In this document: positions 20,140-29,261 of the stretch, piece after piece | How the letters are laid out: each line of letters begins with the position of its first letter | Numbering within the stretch: position 1 is the first letter of the stretch | Position numbers and translations under genes: made by a program | Notes under the pieces: generated by a model | Database searches by the model: none | What the model saw: the letters and a program-made list of their open reading frames with translations, nothing else | What the model was told of the DNA's origin: nothing | NCBI GenBank assembly: GCA_965214835.1 | Contig: CBDCCK010000002.1 | Span: forward strand, 2,528,001 to 2,592,000 | Direction of reading: 5' to 3' | Source: Nitrosopumilaceae archaeon | GTDB lineage: Archaea > Thermoproteota > Nitrososphaeria > Nitrososphaerales > Nitrosopumilaceae | DNA: 64,000 nt

Positions 20140-21426
20140 ATGGGCAACCTGCTAGCTGCCCAACAACATGTTACAACTTGGCTTCTCAGATATGATGATG
20201 AATTTTTTGGATTGCTGTACCAAGACATCAATGAAACTCCAAGGGAGATTGCAACGCAGGTCTTTGAACACGGCAGAAGTGTATCGATATACGGCGTAAG
20301 GGGAATTGGCAAGACAACGCTGATGCAGGCTGTCTTATGGCACGGCTTGCAGAATCCCAGCAGGAAATTCTTGCCCGTAGTCGTTGAAGTTGTTGGAGCA
20401 AGCAGTGTTTCAAGTCAATCTGATCTTGCCGACAAGTTCTATCGTGCAGTCTTATCCGGATTAATATCTGCAGGCTCCCTAGGGAACAAACATAGCAAGA
20501 TAAAATCAGCCGTTGGCTCTCATGTTCCTTGGATTGCAGCATCAGCCGTCTCTGTACTGGGGCTAGTCTTTCCGCCGGTTGCAGTTGGTTCACATGCGAC
20601 TAAAAAGGCGCTAGGGGCATTGCTGGATGAATTTGGAATAAAAAAGGAAGTAGAGGGCAGTCTGCTGATAAGCAAAAACATTGAACCAAAAATTGCAGTT
20701 GATTTCATTGTTGAGAAGCTGGCAGATGCAGACGTCCATCCTGTTTTTGTGATGGATGAGCTTGACAAAGTCCCAAATGATGCAATGCTGTCAGAGTTTT
20801 TTAATGGAAACCAAGGATGGTTTCAAGGCAAGCGTTCGGTTATTTCTTTGTCCCATACATATGGCCAGTCAGTTGAAAAAAAGATGATAGAATCATTGGG
20901 AAGAATTTCTCAAGCTCAAAAAATTGAAGGGCCAACAGCAGTTGACCAATTCAAAAAAATTCTTCATGCAAGGTTGCTACTTGGGATATCAAACATAGAG
21001 CCAAACGAGTCACGTGCAACGAAAGCCGTGCAGAACATGTTTCCGGATGAGGTCATGGCGGCAGTTGTCAACATGTATGTTCCTAACCTGTACTTGATGC
21101 TTGAGCATTCTTATCGTGCAATGCAAAGGGCACGGACAAGAAATGGGACGCAGGTGATACTGAATGATTTGGAAAAATTTGAATCAAACGAGATCAGGGA
21201 GCCAACAGGGATTGAGATGAAAATCCTCAACCATCTGAGTAAAAATTCATCCAGTCCAAGGGAGTTGATTGCAAAAACCGGGAAAAACAGAGGCACCATA
21301 ACAAAAGGCATAAAGTCCCTGTACTCAGATGGCCTTATAGAAAAGACGGGAACTGGCAAGAGCGTAAGATATTCCATAACGCAAAAAGGCGAGACTGTGA
21401 GGAGGGTTGGCGGAGTAACAGGATAG
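20140..21426 (+). CDS. P-loop ATPase with hydrophobic insert and C-terminal winged HTH
   Basis: Walker A GVRGIGKTT, Walker B VFVMDELD, hydrophobic stretch WIAASAVSVLGLVF, wHTH-like tail; lower GC than core genes. Confidence 0.75.
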   Translation: MGNLLAAQQHVTTWLLRYDDEFFGLLYQDINETPREIATQVFEHGRSVSIYGVRGIGKTTLMQAVLWHGLQNPSRKFLPVVVEVVGASSVSSQSDLADKFYRAVLSGLISAGSLGNKHSKIKSAVGSHVPWIAASAVSVLGLVFPPVAVGSHATKKALGALLDEFGIKKEVEGSLLISKNIEPKIAVDFIVEKLADADVHPVFVMDELDKVPNDAMLSEFFNGNQGWFQGKRSVISLSHTYGQSVEKKMIESLGRISQAQKIEGPTAVDQFKKILHARLLLGISNIEPNESRATKAVQNMFPDEVMAAVVNMYVPNLYLMLEHSYRAMQRARTRNGTQVILNDLEKFESNEIREPTGIEMKILNHLSKNSSSPRELIAKTGKNRGTITKGIKSLYSDGLIEKTGTGKSVRYSITQKGETVRRVGGVTG

Positions 21427-21515
21427 CTGCTGCCTAGGCAGCAATCAGGCACGAATTAGATGCATGATTGTGGTTTTCGTGCACGTCTGGCAAAGGGACG
21501 CGTCCACATACGACG
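21427..21515. repeat. Palindromic intergenic repeat (family G, CAGGCAYGAA...TTCRTGC)
   Basis: Similar to ~31566-31620 and tandem units at ~61825-61958. Confidence 0.55.
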
Positions 21516-21632
21516 CAGGCAGGCGCGGCCTGCATCCAAGGTATCTAATGAGTCACACCGTCTTGTGTATCAAATTAGACCACATAGATCTAATATCTGA
21601 TCGCAGAAAACATACAATGCAGGAGGCTTGCA

Positions 21633-21899
21633 TTGGCTAGGACTAGGAGGGCAAACAGGTACTGCGTCGACTGCGGCGCAAGGCTGGTCTACTATCCCCG
21701 GCTCTCAAACCCAAAGGCGCCCAACGAGCACCGCGTCCTGGTGTACGCCTGCCCTGACTGCACCGAGGACTTTGAGCGCCCAAAGATGTTCTCGATAAGG
21801 CGCAACCAGGTCGAGGATCCGCTAGAGACCGTCGAGATCGAGATCACGCAGGTGCAAAAAAAGGTAGCAGCGCGCGGTGAGTCTCGGACAGCATCCTGA
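21633..21899 (+). CDS. Small zinc-ribbon protein
   Basis: CVDC...CPDC pairs. Confidence 0.75.
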   Translation: MARTRRANRYCVDCGARLVYYPRLSNPKAPNEHRVLVYACPDCTEDFERPKMFSIRRNQVEDPLETVEIEITQVQKKVAARGESRTAS

Positions 21900-21945
21900 G
21901 GCAAGGCAGGGCGCCGCCCGCACCGGAGATGCCTTCTGACTTAGG

Positions 21946-22185
21946 GTGGATCCGGCGACACGTGATCAAACCCCATTAATAAAGCCGCAGACGCGTAATC
22001 CCGTGCTGCACAAAGCATACCCCGTGTTCGTAGGACTGCTGGCACTTGGCGCCATAATCATATCCGTAGGGATGATAATCGACAGCGACGAGTACTGGCT
22101 GGTTGCCGACTATACGACCATCGGCATCTTTGCGGCCTCTGCCGTATTCCTGATCGCATTCAGGCAGAGGGGGTATGGGCAGTAA
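21946..22185 (+). CDS. Small membrane protein (2 TM)
   Basis: Two hydrophobic segments. Confidence 0.6.
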   Translation: MDPATRDQTPLIKPQTRNPVLHKAYPVFVGLLALGAIIISVGMIIDSDEYWLVADYTTIGIFAASAVFLIAFRQRGYGQ

Positions 22186-22401
22186 CTGTAGCCTGCAGGC
22201 TTTTTGCACAGGGCATCGCAGACTGCCCACCAGGGCCAAACCATGAGCCGCAGGGCGGCCTACGTGCATCCCCGAGTCGCGGGGATCACCTTACAAATGG
22301 GCATGAGTCCAAGGGATTCCAAGACCGGCAGCTCGGAGCTGACATAATCATCAAAGCAGGTTCACACAAAGGTTAAAGGACGCACGCGACAAACCATTCC
22401 C

Positions 22402-22602
22402 ATGCATCCCGAAAAACAAAGAAGCAACATGTGGTTTCTTTTGCCGATATTCATGAATGTGTGCGGTGGACTGATTGCATACTTTGTCCTGCGGCATGAC
22501 GACCCCAGAAAGGCCAAAAACTGCCTCTATCTCGGAATCGCCCTGATAGCAGTCGGCATCGCGACAAGCTTGATCTTTTCACTGACAGGCATAGACATGT
22601 GA
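22402..22602 (+). CDS. Small membrane protein
   Basis: WFLLPIF...GGLIAYFVLRHDDPRKAKNCLYLG, two TM segments. Confidence 0.75.
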   Translation: MHPEKQRSNMWFLLPIFMNVCGGLIAYFVLRHDDPRKAKNCLYLGIALIAVGIATSLIFSLTGIDM

Positions 22603-22832
22603 GTCATGACAGGCATCAGCTGATCCTTCCGAGGATCTGCAGTCCCCAGGCCAAGAGCCGCGTGGACAGATCAGCTGCGGCCGTCCGGGCCCTTTCACTG
22701 CGGCGTTTTTTCCCCGGGCATCGTTCTGTCTTTTTTTTGAAGGTTCCCGGCGGGCCAGAAGCGCCGCTTTGCCACCCCCTGAAAGAGCTGCCTGCAGAGT
22801 ACAGTCATGAGTAGAGGGCCGCACGGGATGTC

Positions 22833-23282
22833 ATGAAGGCGGCAAGGCTCAGGGACAGCGTGGAGAGGTGGCTGGTTCATGAAAGCTACAGGTTCTCCCA
22901 GATACAAAATGATGGAAACAACTTTACCCTGACGGTAAAGCATGCCGGCTCATTTGGAAACCAGATCGAGGTCTTCAGTCCAAGGCGGCAAAACGTCGTC
23001 CTGGTAGTAGGCAGCCTCGTGCCCCTAGCAAACCGCCAGAATGCCAGGTATCAAAAGCTGAACCATGCGCAAAGGGAGAGCATTGCAAGAAAGATAGGCG
23101 ACTATTGCCACTCCATAAGGGCCATAAACAGGATGATGCTGGAGGACGGCAAGATGACAGTCGGCGTATACGCGGTGCTAGATGACGAGGAAAAGCTCAA
23201 CCAGCACGACTTTGCCGATACCATGATCCGGGTTGCAAAGATGGGCGACAGGATGGCTCGGTTTTTGCTAAAGACGTTCTAG
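22833..23282 (+). CDS. DUF2299-like hypothetical protein
   Basis: 149-aa ORF; family assignment from recall only. Confidence 0.6.
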   Translation: MKAARLRDSVERWLVHESYRFSQIQNDGNNFTLTVKHAGSFGNQIEVFSPRRQNVVLVVGSLVPLANRQNARYQKLNHAQRESIARKIGDYCHSIRAINRMMLEDGKMTVGVYAVLDDEEKLNQHDFADTMIRVAKMGDRMARFLLKTF

Positions 23283-23716
23283 CTCCGGGCACCCACAAGG
23301 CAGGATCACACAAAAGCTTTGATTCGGGCTCTTGCTCTGCTGGCCAGACGAGACCATGGCGAGGCCTGTGCAGCACCGTTGCTCTCATAGTGCAAATATT
23401 TTACCCGCATGTTTTTTGCACTTTTTGCATGCTTACAGCAACATGTCCCCCCCATGTGACATGATCCGGGACCCGGTAAAAAGACGTACGAGGCCGCCCG
23501 CCCCCCAGTCAGGCACAAGTTGGCGCGTATAGCTCGCACAAAAAAATCCAAGGTTCCAGTTCGGCTTGGTTGACTGCATGGAGACGGCAGCGATCCTGTC
23601 AGGACGGCACGGTACACATGCGGCTGCGCGCTCTGGTACTGCATGCCGGCACGCATGATCTTCGCCGACGCGGCGATCAGCATCACGCTTATGAACGGCA
23701 TCACAGAACGCCATAC

Positions 23717-26700
23717 ATGATTGTTCTGCATGCCGGCGTGGTCGACAACGGCATGGCGTTCTGGGGCGAGATCGCAGGCGACGGCGAGTCTCGCAGACCC
23801 GCAAGGGGCAGAAAGGCCAAAATCAGCAGGCACCCGTACTCTGCCACCGCGCAGGAGATCAGCGACAGGTTTGCAGCGCAGAGGGGCATGAATGTCAGTG
23901 GGAGCACCGTTGCTGCAAGCGTATGGCTTCCAAGTACGGAGGATGGCCCCCTCCCTTCGGGCGGGGGCGGCATGCAGCCAGGATCCGGCGGGGAGATCAG
24001 CCTCATGCGGTGGGGGATCAAGGCGGTATCGCTCTCGTGGATGGACTCCATACGGGTGCTCTCAGAGGTGGTGCGCAACAAGAGTGTCGTGGCCGGGATG
24101 ACCGTCGGTCCTGACCTTGCATACTGGGCCGACGTCCTGCGCCTTGCCGCATCGATAGTGGCGCGCCAGAAGTTCATGCCGGATCTGTCGACGTATGACG
24201 GCTCGCACGAGGCATATTGGATCCCCCTGACCACCGGCAGTGAGCAGGAACGGCTCGACGTCCTGGCAGCCCGCATGCCGCCGGCCGCCCGCGCGCTTGA
24301 TCACGCCAAGAAGACCATGCCCAGGGAGCCGCCTGCCACGTTGCTCGACACTACTTGGGCCAGCCTAGTCGACGGCATCGTGCGCGCCAGGGCGCTGGCA
24401 GGGGTGCCGCGAGGATATACCAGGCGGAGACACTTTAACAGCACGCATGACGGCTGGCTTCACTCCCTGAGGACCGAGTACCCCGCCATGGGTAACTACC
24501 CGGCCGTCACCGCGCTTGAGAAAAAGGTACACGTATGGCAGTACCCGCTCACCCACCTGAACAACCCGCTTCTAAAGATGTGCCTCCGCCTCGAGGATCC
24601 CCAAGAGGGCATGGACGGGTCCGGCCTGTACTGGCCCATCAGGTACTTTGTACAGTCCCGCAAGGATCCCGGCCCCATGGTTCCTGCCGACGAGATATGG
24701 AGTAAAAAGACTGCCATTCCGGGGCTCGACGGCGCGCATGCAAGGGGGCTCATGATGGCAGCGCTTGGGAGCGCAGCCACAATAGTAGCCGGAATGTCCG
24801 AGGGCATAAAAAAGTACGGGGTGGCAGGATATGCCGTCGGCACCGCCGAGGCCCACAGGTTCCTGCGCGAGGAGGCGCCGATCCTAGAGCAGTTCGGATA
24901 CGGCGTCATGCTGCCCTCGTGGTGGGCCGGCGGCCGCGCGGGGGCCGGGCTGAGGGCGCGTGCCAGCGTGACATCAAGGATGAAGACCGGCAGGATGCTG
25001 GACATAAACTCCCTGGTCAGCTTCGACTGGAAGCTTGCCCTCGGGGATCAGGGCATCACGCTGGACGAGCTGCGGGGGCTGGCAGAGGAGAAGGCGCCGC
25101 TGGTCAACATGCACGGCAGGTGGATCGAGACGGGGTCAGAGGAGATCCGGCGCGCGATAGACTTTGTGACAGAAAACGAGACGGCCACCGTCCGCGACAC
25201 GGTGATGATGGGGATCGGTGCAGGCACCGCGCCCGAGTGGGTGGATCTCGAGGTCTCCAGCAGCGACGACAGGATTGCAGGCATGATGGGGATGCTCAGG
25301 GGGGACGCGGCGGTGAAGGAGCTGCCGCAGCCCGAGGGGTTCGAAGGCACGCTGCGCCCGTACCAGCTGCACGGGTACTCGTGGCTGTCGTTCCTGCAGG
25401 GGATCGGCATGGGCGGGTGCCTGGCCGACGACATGGGGCTGGGCAAGACCGTCCAGGTGCTGGCGCTGATCCAGCAGTACAGGCTGGACGGCGGGAGGCA
25501 GCCGGTACTCCTCGTCTGCCCGACGTCGGTGATGGACAACTGGAGGAGGGAGGCAGCCAGGTTCGCCCCCGGCATCTCGGTGGCAATCCACCACGGATCG
25601 GACAGGAGGAGGGGCGACGCGTTTGCAGAGGAGGCCGCAGGATGTGACGTGATAGTCTCCAGCTACGGCCTGGTACAGCGCGACATAGAATCTGTCAGCA
25701 AGGTCAGGTGGGGTGGCGTGGTGCTTGACGAGGCGCAGAACATCAAGAACGCAGACACCAGGCAGGCGCGCGCAGTCAGGACGCTGGATGCCGGGTTTCG
25801 CTTTGCGCTGACGGGCACACCAGTCGAGAACAACGTCGGCGACATCTGGTCGATAATGGAGTTTCTCAACCCCGGGCTGCTCGGGACCCGGGCCGAGTTC
25901 AGGCGGAATTTTTTTGCGCCCATACAGACGAGGAGGGACGCCGCGGCAACCGAGACGCTCAGGCGCATAGTAAGCCCGTTCATGCTGCGCAGGCTCAAGA
26001 CGGACAGGTCGGTGATCTCGGACCTGCCAGAGAAGATGGAGGCCAACACCTACTGCTCGCTGACCCGCGAGCAGGCCTCCCTGTATGCTGCCGTGCTCAA
26101 GGATCTCGAGGAGAGGATCAGCTCGGCCGAAGGCATACAGCGAAAGGGGCTCATACTGGCCGCGCTGACCAAGCTCAAGCAGATCTGCAACCATCCGGCG
26201 CACTTTCTCAAGGACGGCTCGTCCATACCGGACCGGTCCGGCAAGCTGTCAAGGCTGACTGAGATGCTCGAGGAGGTGACAGAGTCCGGTGATCAGGCGC
26301 TGATATTCACCCAGTTCGTCGAGATGGGCGAGATACTCAGACGGCACATATGTGAGACGACCGGCCGCGAGGTGCCGTTCCTGCACGGCGGGACGCCGAG
26401 AAGGCAGCGCGACGTGATGGTAGAAAGGTTCCAGGACGGAGGATCAGGGGTGCTTGTGGTCTCGCTCAAGGCAGGAGGTACAGGTCTGAACCTGACGGCG
26501 GCAAACCACGTGTTTCACTTTGACCGCTGGTGGAACCCGGCAGTCGAGGACCAGGCCACCGACAGGGCGTTTCGCATAGGGCAGGAGCGCAACGTCCAGG
26601 TGCACAAGATGATATGCTCCGGTACGCTAGAAGAGAGGATAGACGAGATGATACGCCGCAAGAAGGAGATATCCGACGAGGTGATCGGCACCGGCGAGGG

Positions 26701-26773
26701 CTGGCTGACGAGCCTTTCTGATGATGACATCCGCAAGGTGCTGTCTCTGAGCAGGGAGGCCATCCAGATATGA
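23717..26773 (+). CDS. SNF2/SWI2-family helicase (DUF3670-type, bacterial-like)
   Basis: LADDMGLGKT, VLDEAQNIKN, LTGTPVENN, GTGLNLT, WWNPAVEDQATDRAFRIGQ. Confidence 0.95.
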   Translation: MIVLHAGVVDNGMAFWGEIAGDGESRRPARGRKAKISRHPYSATAQEISDRFAAQRGMNVSGSTVAASVWLPSTEDGPLPSGGGGMQPGSGGEISLMRWGIKAVSLSWMDSIRVLSEVVRNKSVVAGMTVGPDLAYWADVLRLAASIVARQKFMPDLSTYDGSHEAYWIPLTTGSEQERLDVLAARMPPAARALDHAKKTMPREPPATLLDTTWASLVDGIVRARALAGVPRGYTRRRHFNSTHDGWLHSLRTEYPAMGNYPAVTALEKKVHVWQYPLTHLNNPLLKMCLRLEDPQEGMDGSGLYWPIRYFVQSRKDPGPMVPADEIWSKKTAIPGLDGAHARGLMMAALGSAATIVAGMSEGIKKYGVAGYAVGTAEAHRFLREEAPILEQFGYGVMLPSWWAGGRAGAGLRARASVTSRMKTGRMLDINSLVSFDWKLALGDQGITLDELRGLAEEKAPLVNMHGRWIETGSEEIRRAIDFVTENETATVRDTVMMGIGAGTAPEWVDLEVSSSDDRIAGMMGMLRGDAAVKELPQPEGFEGTLRPYQLHGYSWLSFLQGIGMGGCLADDMGLGKTVQVLALIQQYRLDGGRQPVLLVCPTSVMDNWRREAARFAPGISVAIHHGSDRRRGDAFAEEAAGCDVIVSSYGLVQRDIESVSKVRWGGVVLDEAQNIKNADTRQARAVRTLDAGFRFALTGTPVENNVGDIWSIMEFLNPGLLGTRAEFRRNFFAPIQTRRDAAATETLRRIVSPFMLRRLKTDRSVISDLPEKMEANTYCSLTREQASLYAAVLKDLEERISSAEGIQRKGLILAALTKLKQICNHPAHFLKDGSSIPDRSGKLSRLTEMLEEVTESGDQALIFTQFVEMGEILRRHICETTGREVPFLHGGTPRRQRDVMVERFQDGGSGVLVVSLKAGGTGLNLTAANHVFHFDRWWNPAVEDQATDRAFRIGQERNVQVHKMICSGTLEERIDEMIRRKKEISDEVIGTGEGWLTSLSDDDIRKVLSLSREAIQI

Positions 26774-27696
26774 CACGATACGGCCGGCACGATTCGATCA
26801 GGGTGACCAAGTGGAATATCAGGATGAAGGCGGACTTGGATTGGCCGCAAAGCGGGCCTGTCCGCAAGTGGATGCACATGCTGGGCGCATCATGCGCCGC
26901 TGAAGGCAAGGGCCGCCATCACGACGTCAGGAATCTTCCCAATTTCGAGATTCTGGAGGCTGCAGAGGCCGACATGACCACGAATCTCGGCAGGATGCAT
27001 GCACAAAGCGGACACGTGACATCAATGAACGTGTACCTCGGACAGGTCAGTGCGTGGGTGCAGGAGCCCGGGGGATTTTCATACAGGGTTGACATGTGGA
27101 TCGACGTGATTGACGCGCCCGCGTGGAAGAGGCTGGCAGAGTCGCTGTCCACGCGGCCGGACATAGCCTCAGAAATCCTTGCAAGAAGGATGCCCGGCCA
27201 CATAGAGCATGCATTCGAGTCAGCCGGCCTGCGCCTCTTTCCCACAAGGGATAAGATCAAGGTCTGGTGCCCGTGCAGTGACGGGGCCAGACTGTGCAGA
27301 CATGCCATGGCCGCCTTCTTCGTGCTTGCCCAGGAGTGCGAACGCAATCCCTTCTTGATGTTCGTGCTGCGCGGGTGCGATATAGTGGATCTGACGGAGA
27401 CGGCAGGCCTCGTACTCATACCCAAGGCGATGCCAGAGATCAGCAGTGATCCTGTCGAGCCGACATCCGAGCCCCTGCCTGCGGATCCGGACGTCTTCTG
27501 GGGCAGGGATGCGGACGCATACGATCACGAGGACGCGTTTATTCCCGCCACAAACGCCGTGGTACCCAAGATGCTCGGGGAGTTCCCGTTCTGGCAGGGC
27601 AGCGACGACTTTGCCCCGATGATGGAGAAGATATACCGAGAGGCGTCCCAGGACGGCATGAGGCTGTTCCGGGGGGAGCCGCGCGACGGCATCTAA
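26770..27696 (+). CDS. SWIM zinc-finger protein, SNF2 partner
   Basis: CPCSD...LCRH motif, NPFLMFVLRG; ATGA-coupled to the helicase. Confidence 0.85.
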   Translation: MTRYGRHDSIRVTKWNIRMKADLDWPQSGPVRKWMHMLGASCAAEGKGRHHDVRNLPNFEILEAAEADMTTNLGRMHAQSGHVTSMNVYLGQVSAWVQEPGGFSYRVDMWIDVIDAPAWKRLAESLSTRPDIASEILARRMPGHIEHAFESAGLRLFPTRDKIKVWCPCSDGARLCRHAMAAFFVLAQECERNPFLMFVLRGCDIVDLTETAGLVLIPKAMPEISSDPVEPTSEPLPADPDVFWGRDADAYDHEDAFIPATNAVVPKMLGEFPFWQGSDDFAPMMEKIYREASQDGMRLFRGEPRDGI

Positions 27697-27788
27697 CGGG
27701 ACGCCACGGAGCAGGGCCCGAAAGGTGAGACCGTCCACCGGCACTCCCCCACCGAAGGCATTATTTTCCAACGGATTCCAGAAAGGGC

Positions 27789-28135
27789 GTGCCCTCCTTT
27801 GACGGCTTTACCGAGGGTGAATTTGAGGGGATATTCCCAAACATCTTGAATCTGACTTGCAGGGACAACACGTACAAGTTCGCCCTCGCCCGGTTCCTCC
27901 TGGATTACAGCAGAGAGCACGGGCCCCCGGAGACGCACATCTGGTTCCGTACCGCAGCAGGGTCGTCAACCACAACAAGAAATACGTGGATCCCGACTCT
28001 GGCATGACGCTCAGCCCCGAGGCGATGGCGTTTCTCAAGAAATACAACGTCGTCCTGCCAAAGGCAGCAATACCGGAGTGATCCCGATTCCTCGAGCAGA
28101 TGAACCAGCCTCATCTGAATTGTCTCGAGCCCGGG
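27789..28135 (+). pseudogene. Fragmented remnant of a putative HNH restriction-type endonuclease
   Basis: NTYKFALARFLLDY and LSPEAMAFLKKYNVVL in different frames. Confidence 0.4.
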
Positions 28136-28333
28136 ATAATTTGACGTGGTACTTGTGGGAAGACTGCTTTAATGAAAACATTCTAAAAAACAGTCAATGT
28201 GTATGCTGTCCTGCACGCACGCCCGGTCTTTACGAGCATGTCCCGCCCGAAATACAGCTATGACCAGGACGCAATCCGCCAGACATGCGTTTGGGTCGCT
28301 ACACATATTATCTCATTTGGTGCAATGTGACGC

Positions 28334-28990
28334 ATGCGAACTCGTGCAGGCAGACAGGGTTCCAGCCGGGCAGGCAGCAGACATGCTGTTGTCGCCTGCA
28401 CCCTTTCTGCATCCCTGTTTTTATTGGCATTCATGTTCCCCGCGTCGGCGCCGGCGCTTGCACAGCCGGATCCAGAATACGTTCCCACATGGGTCCGCGA
28501 CCTTGCCCTATTGTTTGATAGTGGCGGCATCACCGCTGCCGAATTCGACGCGGCGCTGACATACCTGATAAACAACGGCATTCTGGATTTCGGCAGTATA
28601 GATCCTCCAGAGGCTGACAATCCAGAGATGGTCAAAGGGACGATGGTGCGCGTCATAGACGGCAACACGGTGCACATAGACAGCACGAGAATAAGGCTGT
28701 CGTTGGTTGACGTAGAGAATAGTGGGGACACGGAGGCCCCGCACGCCGTCCTTGCCAGAATCCTGTGCCCGGTTGGTTCGGTGGCATATCACGACGTTGA
28801 CGACATGCAGCCAGTAGACGTGTATGGCAGGACGGTTGCAGTCGTGTACTGCTCTGGTGCATCACTCAACCAACTGATGGTGGAGTTTGGGCTCGGTTGG
28901 ATAAACGAGTACTATTGTCCGCGATCCGAGTTTCACGACGAGAGGTGGGCGTGGCCATGCGCCGATGTCGTACATGGCAGAGCGGGCTAG
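28334..28990 (+). CDS. Secreted thermonuclease (SNase)-like protein with thaumarchaeal IPxW-type domain
   Basis: Signal peptide, VPTWVRDLA...YLINNGI, VRVIDGNTV, RIRL, DVYGRTVA, LNQLMVEFGLG. Confidence 0.8.
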   Translation: MRTRAGRQGSSRAGSRHAVVACTLSASLFLLAFMFPASAPALAQPDPEYVPTWVRDLALLFDSGGITAAEFDAALTYLINNGILDFGSIDPPEADNPEMVKGTMVRVIDGNTVHIDSTRIRLSLVDVENSGDTEAPHAVLARILCPVGSVAYHDVDDMQPVDVYGRTVAVVYCSGASLNQLMVEFGLGWINEYYCPRSEFHDERWAWPCADVVHGRAG

Positions 28991-29261
28991 CCGGCTTTGA
29001 GGACATCCCAGCAGATGTGCCGGATGCCGCGATTTTGCATGCTGGATCTGAAAACGCCCGGTTTTGCCCAGGTACCCCAAAATGCACATGCAGTGCAAAG
29101 TGGTCATGTGATGGGTGCATCATGTAGAGTGGCAAAAAACACAGATTTCGCGTTCCTGACTTAAAATTCCCATGGTAATTGATCTGATTTCGAGCCGCAT
29201 GACCGGGCGCAAGCCTGTGCAGTATCGTGTTTCCAGAGACTCCTGTTGCTGCAATCTGGGT

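Noticed and set aside
23570-23716. N-terminal extension of the SNF2 ORF
   Set aside because: Non-protein-like; MIVLHAG at 23717 is the more plausible start
25136-26203. 355-aa minus-strand ORF
   Set aside because: Shadow of the GC-rich SNF2 gene, no motifs
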